Shown: one piece after another, positions 35,587-48,474 of the stretch | Position numbering within the stretch: the first letter of the stretch is position 1 | Layout of the letters: every line of letters begins with the position of its first letter | Assembly (NCBI GenBank): GCA_002269645.1 | Contig: NIVC01001757.1 | Coordinates: 87,320 to 151,319 of the forward strand | DNA from: Macrostomum lignano | Lineage: Eukaryota | Reading direction: 5' to 3' | Length of the DNA stretch: 64,000 bases | Program-made: the position numbers and the translations under genes | The notes under the pieces: model-generated | What the model saw: only the letters and a program-made list of their open reading frames with translations | What the model was told of the DNA's origin: nothing | The model's database searches: none

Positions 35587-36869
35587 TCTTGAATCATAAA
35601 CCAAAGGATTGAAACTGAAAATTTAAAAACATCCAACTCTTTTTATTAAAATAAAACCAACTATAACAACAATTTGTCAAAATACTCTCATGTTTTTACT
35701 TCAAATTTAGATCTAAAAACTTATAAATAGCTCCAAAAGCCTAGACTAAATTAAAAAAGCTACTATAAGCATATAAATCAGAAAGTAGTAGCATTGATAA
35801 ATAGGCATAAAGTTTATTTGCTTAAACATTTATTTGATTTCAATACAAAAAATAATTTTTATCTATCACTAAGTTTTCAAACTATAAAATGTCAATTAGT
35901 CAATCAAAATTATAAGGCAAAAGTTAAATGGGAGAAGGTGCATATTTGCATAATAAAAGCATACTAAAAAACAAATATGAACATAAGCCTATATGTTCAA
36001 TTATAATGTTTTGGTTTAATGCTTAGGGCTTTGTCTCTAGAATGATTGACTGAAATTAGTTAGTGTGGAAAGTACATTCAATTTTATTTATTTTTGTGCT
36101 ATAATCTCTAATCTCCTATAAAGATAAACATAAAGTGAAACAGATATCTTTTTCAGTTTTGTTCTATAATCATTTTAATACAATCTACTTATTTAAATGA
36201 TTGTAGAATAAAAGTGAATATAGAATAAATATCTATTCTCTATTCACTTTAGAATAGATGGCACTGTTATCTAAAGGCTCCATTTATAAAGATATAATTC
36301 AAATCTAATATATGCCTTCCTTAATTATCAATAAAGAGAGGTAAGATCTATGTTTTTACTTCTTAAGCCAAAAATTTAGGGATTTACTATCCTATATAAC
36401 CCCACTCCCAAATCTTACATACCCTATTGGAATAAGTCTTCATTTTGCAGACACCCATCTGGCATGCATGGATACACTTTTAGATGTGGCAAAATCCAAA
36501 AATCGGGGGCAAGTTTTTTGAAAATTTGTTTTTGGCAATTCAAAAGCAAAAAAGCTATAAAATAAATTTTATTTAAGTTTCAAAAGTTAAAAACATCTAT
36601 ATAAGCATAAATTATTCATGTATAGCCTTATTTTTTATAAAATGGTAAGTTAAATTACAACCTAAAATGACTCTAATAAAAATGATAGAAAAGCTCTAAT
36701 AATGTATTTATTAACTTCAAGTATCTTATAATGTACACTCTATAATTCTACAACATATTTAAAATTATTTTTACGGTTTATTTGTTTAACACTTTCGTTA
36801 CTCTTGACAATGTGTATTTTGTAGAGTTCATTTACAATAAATTGTATTTAACGTAAGTTTATTATTTAA

Positions 36870-37400
36870 GCATACAAATTTCCATAAGGATCAGAATATT
36901 GCCTTTTACTCAGCTTCTATTGAAATGATTTGAAAAAATTCTTTTTTTCCCGTATACACGCCGCAATAATATATATTCAAGTGTAATTTCATTGTTCTTT
37001 GTTGCTTAATAAACAAACACTAAGCATCTGATTTGGAAGCCGGATAACACATTGGAATTCCCATAAGGATTGGAAAATTGCATTTTACTCAGCTTCTAGT
37101 GAAGTGATTTGGAAAATTCTTTTTTCCTATATATATGCTACGAAAATACACATTTAAGTGTAATTTCATTGTTCTTTATTACTTAATAAGCATACAGTAA
37201 GCATCTGATTTGGAAGCTGGGTAACATATTGGAATTCCCACAAGGATTGGAAAATTGCATTTTACTCAGCTTCTAGTGAAGTGATTTGGAAAATTCTTTT
37301 TTTTTCTACATACACGATGCAATGGTATATATTTAAGTATAATTTCATTGTTCTTTGTTGCCTCATAAGTCTACAGGAAGCAATTGATTTGGATGCCGGG
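36870..37400. repeat. Degenerate tandem repeat of about 178 bp, 3 copies
   Basis: CC(A/C)(T/C)AAGGAT...TTTTACTCAGCTTCTA recurs near 36882, 37061 and 37238. Confidence 0.75.
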
Positions 37401-38060
37401 TTCAGATTTTGTGGTACCATTTTTACCTGAAATTTTAAAGTCTTAATATAGGCATATTACATACACTAATACTATGCAAGTTGATATTTAAATGAAAGAA
37501 AACAACTTAAAGATAATTTTGCAACAAGGAATTAGCGGTATATTTACTTTAAAAGAAAGATGTTTATTGGCAAATGTTGCACTTTAAATTTGTATGAATT
37601 TTCACAAGTTTATGTGGTTTTAGAAAAACTTAAAAATCCTTAGAAATACTTCATCTTTTTAAATAAAATAAAAAGTAAAACACAGATTACTTTCTGTTTT
37701 GTAAGTATTTAAAAAATTAGCCTTCTCTAAGGTCTACAAGTCTATAAATTAATTGTTTATTAATGAAAAAAAAGTGAAACAAAAAATTGCAAATTGGTCA
37801 ACTCAGACTTTTAAAATGTTTTTTTTGTAGTTTTTTAATCATTTATTCAATAATGTTGAGCATAAAAAAGGTTTTTATCCAAAACTATTTTTACAGACTT
37901 ATCTGTCTTTCAAAAAGCTTTTTCAGATACATTACTTTTTATAAAATGTTTGCAAATTTGTTTTATCATTTTATCTCACATTTTTGGATTTCACCATGTG
38001 TTGGTGTCTATTATATTAGCACGCGCATGCATGGCCTATGCTCCACTTACAAAATAAAAA

Positions 38061-38726
38061 GGAAGTGCTTATACCCATGATCCCATGCCGATAATTCCAA
38101 TTTTATCTACATAGATCCATGTCAATAATTTCTAGCTTATCCCTATGGCAGCTTATTGAATTAGCTACTACCATCAAGTCTATAGGCCAAGTCAATAATT
38201 CAAATTTTATCCACATGGGTCCATGTCAATAATTCCAATTTTATCCACACGGATCCATGTCAATAATTTTCAGCTTATCTCCATTGCCAAGGCTAAGATT
38301 GTGCAGTTGCTTGTGTTTAGTTTTGTGTACTAACATTAAATTGATATTGTCATTATTATTAATAATATTATCATTATTATTATATATTGAATTTTGAATT
38401 TTGCAAGTCTCATTTGCCTCCATATTTGGGTCGTTTGGTTGTTCTAAGCAAAGCCGGCAGGCGGCAGCTAAGCAAATATTTAAAATTAACCCTTTTAATA
38501 ATGAAAAGTTTTAACAAAATACTTGATATTATTCAATATTCAATAAATGTAGTTTATTTGGAAGATTTGTAAAACAGTGAAAACAAAAAGAAAGTTTTTA
38601 AAAAGATTCATTTTAATGTTCTTTATTCCAATAAGCTGCTATGAGGATAAGCTGGAAATTATTGACATGGATCCATGTGGATAAAATTGGTATTTTTGGC
38701 ATGGGACCATGGGGATAAGCACTTCC
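38061..38726. mobile_element. Non-autonomous TIR element, Mutator-like by TSD length
   Basis: TIRs of about 75 bp (GGAAGTGCTTATACCCATG... / ...CATGGGGATAAGCACTTCC); 9-bp TSD AAATAAAAA/AAATGAAAA (8/9). Confidence 0.72.
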
Positions 38727-39022
38727 AAATGAAAAAGCAAATGTAGAAAACTAGAAAAGTGTAATTCAAAGTCTTAACATTGAAAATTATTAGCCAAATA
38801 GTTTTATTGTTTATCAATTACTTCATCCCATACAATAAATACTGGCAATCTTCAAGTTTTGTTTGTTAAATTATTTTTTTCAATGATTTCTGAACTATCT
38901 TGCCCTAAGATGATTATTTTCGAGTTCCCCAGTGTACCCAGCCCTTTCCTAGCTGAGAAAGTAGCAGCTTTGTTAATATTATATATCTAATGTACCATAA
39001 AGCCGTTGGCCATAGTCAGGAA

Positions 39023-39194
39023 CATACGCGCGCAACCTTGGGAATCACCCGGCCGTTTCTATTGGCAACACACACATGTAAGTCGCTATTGGCTGAGAGC
39101 AGTCACGTGACTACTATTCTGTCCAATAGCGACATACACGTGTGTGTTGCCAATAGAAACGGCCGAGTGAATCCCAAGGTTGCGCCCAAGCATG
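39023..39194. mobile_element. 172-bp foldback MITE, copy 2, inserted into the left TIR of 39010-40860
   Basis: Perfect 8-bp TSD GTCAGGAA (39015-39022, 39195-39202); termini CATAC...GCATG. Confidence 0.9.
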
Positions 39195-39692
39195 GTCAGG
39201 AAGGTGGCAAGTGCACGCGGGAATCAATTTATGGAAAAATCCTTGGTGCACACCAATGTACGCCAATTTTTTAAAACCCTTAACATGACGTTTCTGTTGC
39301 ATGCCAAAAATTTATTTGCATTTTTGATTTGAATATTAACTGTATTAGATACTATTTTTAAATAAATTTTCTACTTACGTTAAACAAAGTTTCTATAAAA
39401 AAAGGAAATTTGCTACAAAGAACATAGTGAGTATCAAAAAAAATTTCTTCACATTTCAAGAAACAAATAAACTAAAAGCCTACAAGAGTCACAAAATAAG
39501 AGCATTTAAAAGTTATTGGATATTTTAATTTTAATGTAGGCTGTAGAGTGTAGGCCTGGCTATAGGCTAGGCTGTAGCCTCAGCCCTCAACTAGTTGGGC
39601 TTAATCAATATTCAAATTCAATTGTTCACGTTTAACTTTATATATTGTATATATATAGTGTATATATCTATATCTGACTTGTTGATATACTG

Positions 39693-40291
39693 CCATAGTC
39701 AGGAAGGTGGCAGAGTGTGCGCCGGAACAAATTTTGGCCTCTCCCAAAATTGTGCGCCGTGCGCCGACACAAAAACTCTCGTGTGCGCCGTTGTGCGCCC
39801 GCCACTACCTGCCTTGCGACAATAAAAGACCTTTTTTTTGAGAAATTGAGATCGTTAAACCGAAAATAGAAATTTAAAAAATTTTTAATTTAATTTCTAA
39901 TTTTTAAAACAAAACAAACATAAAAAGTAAGCAAATGGCAAAAACAAAGGTAAAAAGGAAAAGGAAAATATTTTATTTTATTTTTTATTTTTTGGTAGAA
40001 TGCAGTGTTACATTAGACAGAACAGTGAATAGTGTACTGTAACAAGTAACGACTTACATCGTTACATGGGATCGCCACAAGGGTAACGCTGCATGTGGCG
40101 CGGCGCCTGCCGCGCCGCGCCGCCATGCGCCGGTGTCCTCTGGTGTGCGCCGTTGTGCGCCGCTGTGCGCCAGTGCGCCGCTGTGCGCTGTTGTGGCGCG
40201 CCGCTGTGCGCCGTTGTGCGCCGTTGTGTGCCCAAAAAGGGCTTGTGTGCGCCGGAATTTTCCGACCAAACTGCCACCTTCCTGACTATGG
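39693..40291. mobile_element. CCATAGTCAGGA-family MITE nested in 39010-40860
   Basis: Perfect 21-bp TIR CCATAGTCAGGAAGGTGGCAG; perfect 8-bp TSD ATATACTG; internal TGTGCGCCG repeats. Confidence 0.92.
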
Positions 40292-42922
40292 ATATACTGT
40301 CAGTTTGTAATTGCATGCCAAGGTTACACGCCAAGTAAAAAACTTGTACGCTGAAAATTTAGGCGTGGCTTGAGACCCCTATTTGCACCGAAGAGCTTGC
40401 GTGCACGGCAGCCGTTCACGTAAGCTTAGAATTGCGTGCACGGCGGCTATCTACCTAGTGCTATATTTGCATGTATGCAGCCGTCCACCTAGTGTTGTAA
40501 TTGCGTGCACGGCAGCCGGCAATTGGCCAGGACTGGGGCCCTTAAATCCACGCATTGGCATTGGCAAACCTAATTAAAAAATATTTTTACTATATTGTTT
40601 TATAATGTTTTATCCCCCGTACACCATGGACTGCAAATGTAATCTTAATTCATTGTTTTTTTGTTAACTTGAATATTCATTCGAATAGTATATGACTTAC
40701 TGTATTAAGCCTATAAGATATAGCTCTGCCGTGCACGCAATTCTGAGCTTACATGAACGGCGGCCGTGCACGCAAGCTCTTCGTATTTGCACGCCAAAAT
40801 TTTAGCGTGGCTTGTGCACGCGGAAAAATTCCCGCGTGCAGGCCACCTTCCTGAGTATGGGCTGTTGGTAGGCAAAGGAATGTCTATGGCCCATATTACG
40901 GTAACGTAATGATGACGTGGCTTTTACTGACATGGCATTTTAGCAAAGAATGTCTATGGGGAATAAAGATGCTACTGTATACCATTGCTACTGAACTGGA
41001 CTGCTATTACTGCCCCTGTTGTACCCCACTGTGTTAATATTTCTGTCTGTTTGTACTTAGCATTACATGTTAGCTTTGCTTGTTTGCATCTTATATTTCT
41101 AGCTTTATGGTACGTTAGAGGTTAATATTAACAAAGCTGCTACTTTCTCAGCTAGGAAAGGGCTGGGTACACTGGGGAACTCGAAAATAATCATCTCAGG
41201 GCAAGATAGTTCAGAAATCATTGAAAAAATAATTTAACAAACGAAACTTGAAGATTGCCTAAATACTTATTGACCAAAATTTATCATTACTTACAAATGT
41301 AAATACAGTACAATAATTACCTGCGAAAAATTGTTGAACTGCATCAATGATTTCTAGAAATCATACATGCTCAACTGCTAGCCAACCTGGCAGATCCAGG
41401 TAAATTGTGTTGGACCAAGGATGAGTCACAAAAATGCCCATTTAAAAAGAATATAGAGGTAGTACTAATTAGATAATGAGGCATTTAGTCTTAATAAGAT
41501 AGTTTTTTCAAATAGCTAATTTATTGTCATTATTGGCCTTTAGGTATTATTAAAAAATTAATAAAAGTTAGTTGTAATTATAATTAATGTATAGCAGATA
41601 ATAGTAGGCCAAAAGTAAATGTCAAATTATATAAAGGATTTTTGTAAAAGACTTACTTTTCTTTTTCCATTTTAGGTGAGGTATAATCAGATAATGAAGA
41701 TGCAACCACAGACTTCTTAATTAATGATGACCGTGCATGAAAAATGCGGCATAAATTCGGCGTAAGTCTAAAATCTCTGGCGCGCGCGTGTTAAGAATAT
41801 ACCAATTTCAAATTACTACACATTTTTAACGATTTCAACTAATTTTCTTAGTTGAAAAGTTTCTAAGTACTAAATTTTCAACAATAATCGGCTCCATTAC
41901 CCAAAAAAATAAAAACTTGTTGTATTTCCTCTACTAAAGAAATATTTAGCACAAGTAGCAATAATATTAATATAAAGTAGTAAAGTTATCAGGTGAGATG
42001 ACTGGCTGATTAATGTAATATCTACACATAAACCTGCTTTTGGCAGTACTTAGAATTTTCGCTGCTCCTAATACAAAGTAAAAAAAGAATCAACTCAGTA
42101 CTGAATTTTAGAAAAGTAAGTAATTTTAGAAAGCTTTACAAAAATTCTCTGCCGGAATTACTTTACTAAATATTTTATTGTTTCAACAAAAAGTACAGTA
42201 GGTGCTTTTTTTAAAGCTATTGCTTTGTACTTTAAAATGATTTTGACTCTTAAAAAGCAAAGCTTCATGCAAAAAATAATAAGATGGAGCTTTGTTACTG
42301 TGACGTAGAATTAAGTGTTAATAACAAATTTGATTTTCATAATTGTCATCATTTAATCGATTCATTTAAGTTTCGTAAATACATAATGATCATATCACCG
42401 ATCTTTACGCACTCGGTGCGTAAATTCAGTCGGTTTGCTTTGCTTTGCTAATAGCTTTTCAAAACATACATAGACTGCGATTATGTATTTTTGTGAAAAT
42501 ATCTTTTGTGAATAGCTTTAAAAAAGGTTTTCAATCTTTTCATTTTTCTAAATAAACAATAATTATTTCAAAAGCTTTAGACTTTGACTAGCTAGACCTA
42601 GACTATTAGTAGATTTTAAAGAATCCCAGACTTAAAATTTTAAAAGTATTTTCCTTAAATAAATGGTTGAAAAATGGGCACCCATTATATGTGCATGGTA
42701 CCTTGTAAATAGTATTGTCAACTGTCATTATTTACACAGTAACTAAAATAAATACTAGTTTTATATGTGTAGTACTTATAGCTATGATCCAGTTACATTT
42801 AACCACAAATCCATCCTTTTGTTTTGAAGGCAAATAAGCAGTATAATCTCATTCATTATTTCTGAGTTTTGAAACACCCTTGGCCTTCCTTTGTACTTTG
42901 CATTATTTAGGCCTATAGATAT

Positions 42923-43445
42923 GGGTGCCAGGCTTTTCGGCGACATGAAAAATTGTGACTTCGGCGACAAGCAATGTTAAATTTGGCAACAAGTACGTTT
43001 TGTCAACAATGCTTATTGTCTGAGTACAACTGTGTGTTTCCAAGAGCGTTCTAACTCAATCCAAGTCAAAGTCAATGCAGTTGTCACTGAAAACCGTAGA
43101 CCAAAAAGCCGCGCGAATGACGCAATGCCCTCACCCACCCCGACTGCGAAACCAGAGAAATTACGTGAAACATTTGTATTTACATGCATGGTACTTAAAG
43201 ATGTGGCTATACGATAAAATTGAAATTTCGATTCAATAAACGCGGAAACCACAGTACATTTAACAAAAAGGGAAGACGCATTGGTTATGTTAGTAAGAAT
43301 ATAATAAAAAGACTAAATAAATAGCCATAGAAAGTAATTTGTGAAACTGAAAGAGAAACTTTTCGCCGAATTTAACATTGCTTGTCGCCGAAGTCACCAT
43401 TTTCCGTGTCGCCGAAATTAACTGTCGCCGAAATGCCTGGAATTC
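42923..43445. mobile_element. TIR element with TTCGGCGACA subterminal repeats
   Basis: TIR of about 25 bp ..CCAGGC(T/A)TTTCGGCGACA; flanking 8-bp duplication ATAGATAT (alternatively TG..CA ends with 6-bp TAGATA). Confidence 0.75.
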
Positions 43446-43832
43446 ATAGATATAGTATAAGCTAGGCCTAATAAAAAATGCTAAGCTATAATCACACCTA
43501 AACTCCATTTACCAGCTTTAGTTAGTTCAAATGCATTATGAAAATAAAAGATACAGGGACAGGGCCGAATATTGAATTGTCCTTGATTGTAATATCAGAT
43601 AAGATAACTATTTATAAGGTATTTATTTCAGTTCAACTTTCTATATCAATAACACTAGCAATATTTATAGTTATAGAATATACTACTGTAAAAAGAACAA
43701 CTGCCTTAAAATGTCCTTTTTGTTAAAGTTTTTGCAAAAATTTGAACTATGTCACTATGTCACTATGTCACTTGAATTGTTGTTCTATCTCTAATAAATC
43801 CTACTGCTAAGTCACCAAAAGCTGTTACAGGG

Positions 43833-44315
43833 CCATAGTCAGGATGATGTACATTACGCCAGAAATTTCTGGCATACAATTGAAAATTTTACTTTTTTTG
43901 GTATACAATTGGCGTAAAAAATGAGGCAAAATATATTTGGCGTACCTTTTGGCGTGATGCCATGGTATAAATCATAAAAACTGTAAAACTCGTAAGATGA
44001 AAGTTCATAACTATTTGTAATTTATTAAAATTTAAAATTCTACACAAACTAAGCGTGTAATTGTCTTAAAAAAATTAAACAAAAAATATGATATTAACTA
44101 GTGCGTTATATTTGGTGAGTGAAGCGGGTAAAGTAGAGGTGTTTATAAAGTAGGCAAAAATGTGTAACATGCAAAAAAGGTCATTTATTGTCACAAAGCC
44201 TAGAAAACCTGGTATAAGTTCCTAGGACCTTGGCATACATTTCAGTATAAAGTAGCATAGATTTTTTAGGGGACTTTTTATTCCGGCATATACCATGACA
44301 TGATCCTGACTATGG
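43833..44315. mobile_element. CCATAGTCAGGA-family MITE, third member
   Basis: TIR CCATAGTCAGGAT; perfect 8-bp TSD TTACAGGG. Confidence 0.9.
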
Positions 44316-45049
44316 TTACAGGGCTGATTCTTCTGTCTCTACAAATGTCTTAGTGTTGGTAGCTGCCACCAAGATTATTCAATTAATAAATATGAGTTTA
44401 TCAATCTTAGAATAATCTGAGAATATTTCTTAGAATAGGTCTGAATATTTAGTCTGAGTATATTATTCAGTCCTTATAAATATATTATTCTGGTAGCATT
44501 TATTATTATTCTGGTAGCATTCTACTTAATAATTTGGCCAGAGCAGTATTTTGGCTTATTGGTATATGTATTTCATGTACTTTGCAAGTCCTTGGGTGTT
44601 ACCAAGATCAGAGGGTCACAGCCTCTGGTTATTCTTACACATATTACTTCAGATCTACTTCGCAGTTTCTTACTACTCAACACTGCTGCTTCTCAGTAGT
44701 ATGTATGGTATTCACTTCCATCTACTTCACTCTTACTTCTGCAAATGAAAAACTCGGAAAACACTTTTCAGTATTTACTTGAAACACTTCTTAACTATGT
44801 TACTGCTTAAGCTGCAAGAGCAAGTTGTGAAATGAGACCAAACAGGTTGCTCCTCTTGAAGCAAAATTTGCTTCTATTTGTAGCAATTTTTTAGGTCTAT
44901 TTTTAACAAAAAATAAATTGTGAAAATATTTTGGAAAACATGAATAATAAAACAAAATGTCATTCTTGCGTACTATGCGTACTAGCAATTGATTTTTTTA
45001 CATAAAATGAGAGGGACCTTCCTCAACTAGATTTAGTTAGGCTATTAAG

Positions 45050-45446
45050 TAGAGGTCAGACGGGATCCCGATCCCAATCCCAAAATCTTGGGATCCCAAG
45101 GAAAATTGGTTTCCTGCGGGACTAGAATCCTGACCCTAAAAAAACACAAGAATTGGGAACAGGTCTTATGATTAAAAATTTATAGAATTAGTGATTACTT
45201 GAATGTATTTTGTTTTACCTTGTACTCATTACATTATTAATTTGTTGGTTACAAAACTGCATCAATTTTGTTGTATTCTACTTTTTAATCTTGACATTTT
45301 TAGCTCAATTTTGTTTAACTTTATATGGACCTACAAGCTACCTAGCTACAATACACTAGTAGACCTGATCCTGAATCCCGATCCCAAGAAAAAAATTATT
45401 CCTGATCCCAATCCTGCCCAAAGATTTCAATCCCGTCTAACCTCTA
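45050..45446. mobile_element. hAT-type MITE (TIR TAGAGGT(C/T)AGACGGGAT)
   Basis: 17-bp TIR; perfect 8-bp TSD CTATTAAG; ATCCC subterminal repeats. Confidence 0.9.
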
Positions 45447-48014
45447 CTATTAAGTTGCTAACAAATTGTTAAATGATTTTGGTTGTAAAATTTTTGAATA
45501 AACATTTATTATAAATTAGTAGTCACTTATGGCTAGACAAAGTTTAGTTAATATTTAGGTGATTTATAATTTAGTATATATTTTATTGTTTTAATATATT
45601 GTATTTTATAAAAATTTCAGCCAATAGCTAATTAATAATGGCATACCAAAGGTAGAATTAGTACAATTATTGAACATAAAGTATCAGTTAGTCAAGATAA
45701 AATTGTATTTTAATTAAATTAAATTTTGAAAAAAATCTAACAAAAATCTTAATTCTAAATAGATTTATTAATATTAATCAAAATAGAAAAGTAGTTGGCT
45801 TTTAAGTTTGTAACTCAAGGTATTTGATAAGTTATTATTAGTGATGGATCTAGTGGTAGAGGCAAAAGGGTAGTTGTCTCTTTCTATACTTTGGATCTTA
45901 TTAAATAGATATGGAATTTATACCAAACCAAATGCATATTAAAGAATTCCAATTTAAATGATATTGTCTGAAAAGGGTGGTCTTCTATGTTTTTCTATAG
46001 CTAGGTAAAACAGTCGTTGCTTGGTTGTAGCAATGTAATGTTGCAATGTGAAGTATTTGCTGTTTGTTGTTGTTTCTAGTTTGTCTCGGGCAGTCTAGCC
46101 GTAGGTCTTGGAATCCCACCGCTGCCACCAGTGAAGTACAGACTTCTTTGCTTTTGACTCAAGCTGGCCTGGTAGGACTCCTGGCACAGGGCGGTGACCT
46201 TTAGCTGCTTGTTTCTTAGAAACAATACTTGTAGTGTAGGTAGTGTTGCCACCAGCTCGCTCGGATCTTGTCCTTCAGTGAGGAAGACTCTGGGCTAAGC
46301 AAAATAAATGAGACACGAGAACTCAGCACGCCATGCAGATTTGACAGCTCGCACCGGTGCACACCTTGTCAGTGGTCCTGCCAGGCTCAAGTGCGGGGAT
46401 AAGGAACTGTGCTAGTTTCTTGTTAGCTTGGTTGGGAGTCTAGCATAAGCTCAGACACACAGTCAATGATAGATCAGAAGTCAGAATGGAGTTTGCAAGG
46501 ACCAGCGCGAGATGCGCGAGTCTTATATGTTAGAGCTAAACTTAGCCTAGCCTCATGAACGAGGGTGGATAAGCGAGAGGAAGGGTTGCCAAACGGAAGC
46601 ACGAGAGGCCCGTACTTAAAGGATAGCAGATCGATTTCACCATAATGTGCAACTCCCCATTGTACCAGAGTGTGCAAGGCCACTCTCACTGTGGCCCTCA
46701 ATGTGGCGTGATTCAGTTCTATTATTAGAAAGAAGTGCGGAGCCCCCGCCAGAGAGGCAAGGATGCTATCCCAAGATTGCACAAGGCGGCACAAGAAAAG
46801 GACAGAGTGCCTGGGGCACGTGATCCGCTACCGTACAGGCTGGACAGAGAGAACAAACGCAGCCACACAAGAAAAAGGGGAGAGAGGCCAGACAGACAAT
46901 GAATCAAGGACAGGCTGAGCAGAGAAGCTCAGACACTGGGAACGCAAACGAACCGGAAAAAGGGAGGGGGGGAAGGGAGGAGCAGAGGCAGGAAAAAGGA
47001 CAACAGGAGGGAGGGGGGAGAGGGAGCGGGAGAGGGAGAGAGAGAGAGGGGGAGAGGGAGAGGGAGAGCTGCGGCCAGCGGCAGCCAACAGCTCAGAAGG
47101 GCGCAGGGCACAGCTGACAAAGGGGGCACCTAACACTAAACTAGTGCTCATTTCAAATGCAATGTAATGCATACAATGGGTAGAGGACTAGCAAGATAAA
47201 CAAAAACATGCATAAGTAGCAAAAGAGAAAGAGAAGAAAAAAAGAAAGCAAGAGCAAGGTAAGGAGAGTCAACCATGCATAAAGCCAATTAAAACCTCTC
47301 TCTACTTTTCTCTACTTCGTCTCTACTTTTTGATACCTTATTGCAATATAATTTTAGATTTTACTTTGCTTACCTATACCCAACTGTTTTATGTATTGTA
47401 TAATTGAAGTCATACATTTTAGCCCTAAAAGTTCCCATCTAGTTTGAATATATTTCTAACCAATCAATGCACTTTAACAAGCAAATTTTAATGTATTTCC
47501 AACCAATCAATGCACTCCAACAAGCAAAAACTAGTTGCTAAGCCCAAGGACACAACTCAATCTCAGCCAATGAAATGTAGTCATGCACCATCTGAATCAT
47601 TCTCTAATGCAAAATAATAAAAATGCTATATAAACCAATATTAAAACCAAGCCAGAAGCTAACCTTCCTTGCCTTTCTTGCTTCCTTGCCACTTATTCAC
47701 CCTCTCACCTTCTTTTTCACTTGTAGTTTAAGAGTCACTTGATTTAAACAGATAGTAATCCAACCTGACCTAATTACCTAAGCTGATAAATTAATCCACT
47801 AAACATCATTTTTGCAACCAACTGTTTCTGTACAATAGGTTCACCCAAATAATTAGAACCAAATAATGAGATTGCGAAGAATTTGGAATATTTAAAATTA
47901 TTCTAATATGCCTAGCTTTAAAAGTATCATGGAAAATTATAAAGCTTATTATCTATTCTGTATAAAAAAATAAGATAATTTTGTAAAAATTTCTGCATTG
48001 CACATCTAGTTGCC

Positions 48015-48440
48015 ATGGAGATCACAGTCCGCTGCCCATCTGGTCGCGAGAGAGATGTCAGCATTAGTTGCCAAACCAGCTGGCGAGTGTCCGAATTGAA
48101 GCAGCACCTTAGCCAGGTGTATCCGGGCAGGCCAGCGGCCGACACTCAGCGAATTGTATATGCTGGCCGGTTGCTAGGCAACGAGGAGCCGCTTGGCCAG
48201 GCATTGGGCCAAAGCCAGGCGCCAGCTCGAGTTGTACACCTGGTGTTGCCAGGCGGCGCTTGCTCATCGCCAGCTAGAAGTATCAGCGCTCCAGCCATGT
48301 CCATGGGTGCCTCGGCATCATTGATTGCTCCTAGTAGTAATCATGACAACAATGACGAGCTGTCAGCACTGTGGCATGAGTACTCGCAATATGTGCTGAC
48401 TCATTATCGCGACTGCGTGCTCCAGAGGTTCCAGCCGCAA

Positions 48441-48474
<34 letters not shown>

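Larger units (their letters stand above)
39010..40860. mobile_element. CCATAGTCAGGA-family TIR element (P-like termini), nested in the Merlin-like element
   Basis: TIR of about 35 bp CCATA(G/C)TCAGGAAGGTGGC..TGCACGCGGGAAT once the 172-bp insert is removed; 8-bp TSD GCCGTTGG/GCTGTTGG (7/8). Confidence 0.82.
38844..41259. mobile_element. Merlin-like non-autonomous TIR element, outer shell of the nest
   Basis: TIRs of about 160 bp (38844-39004, 41101-41259) starting GGCAATC; perfect 8-bp TSD TAAATACT. GG-start plus 8-bp TSD fits Merlin, but the superfamily is inferred. Confidence 0.85.

Noticed and set aside
41281-41770. Orphan splice-like signals (TTTTAG|GTGAG at 41675, GGC|GTAAGT at 41762, CAG|GTAAAT near 41400, minus-strand donor near 41320)
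   Set aside because: No consistent open frame or partner exons could be assembled; possible UTR or lncRNA exons but unsupported.
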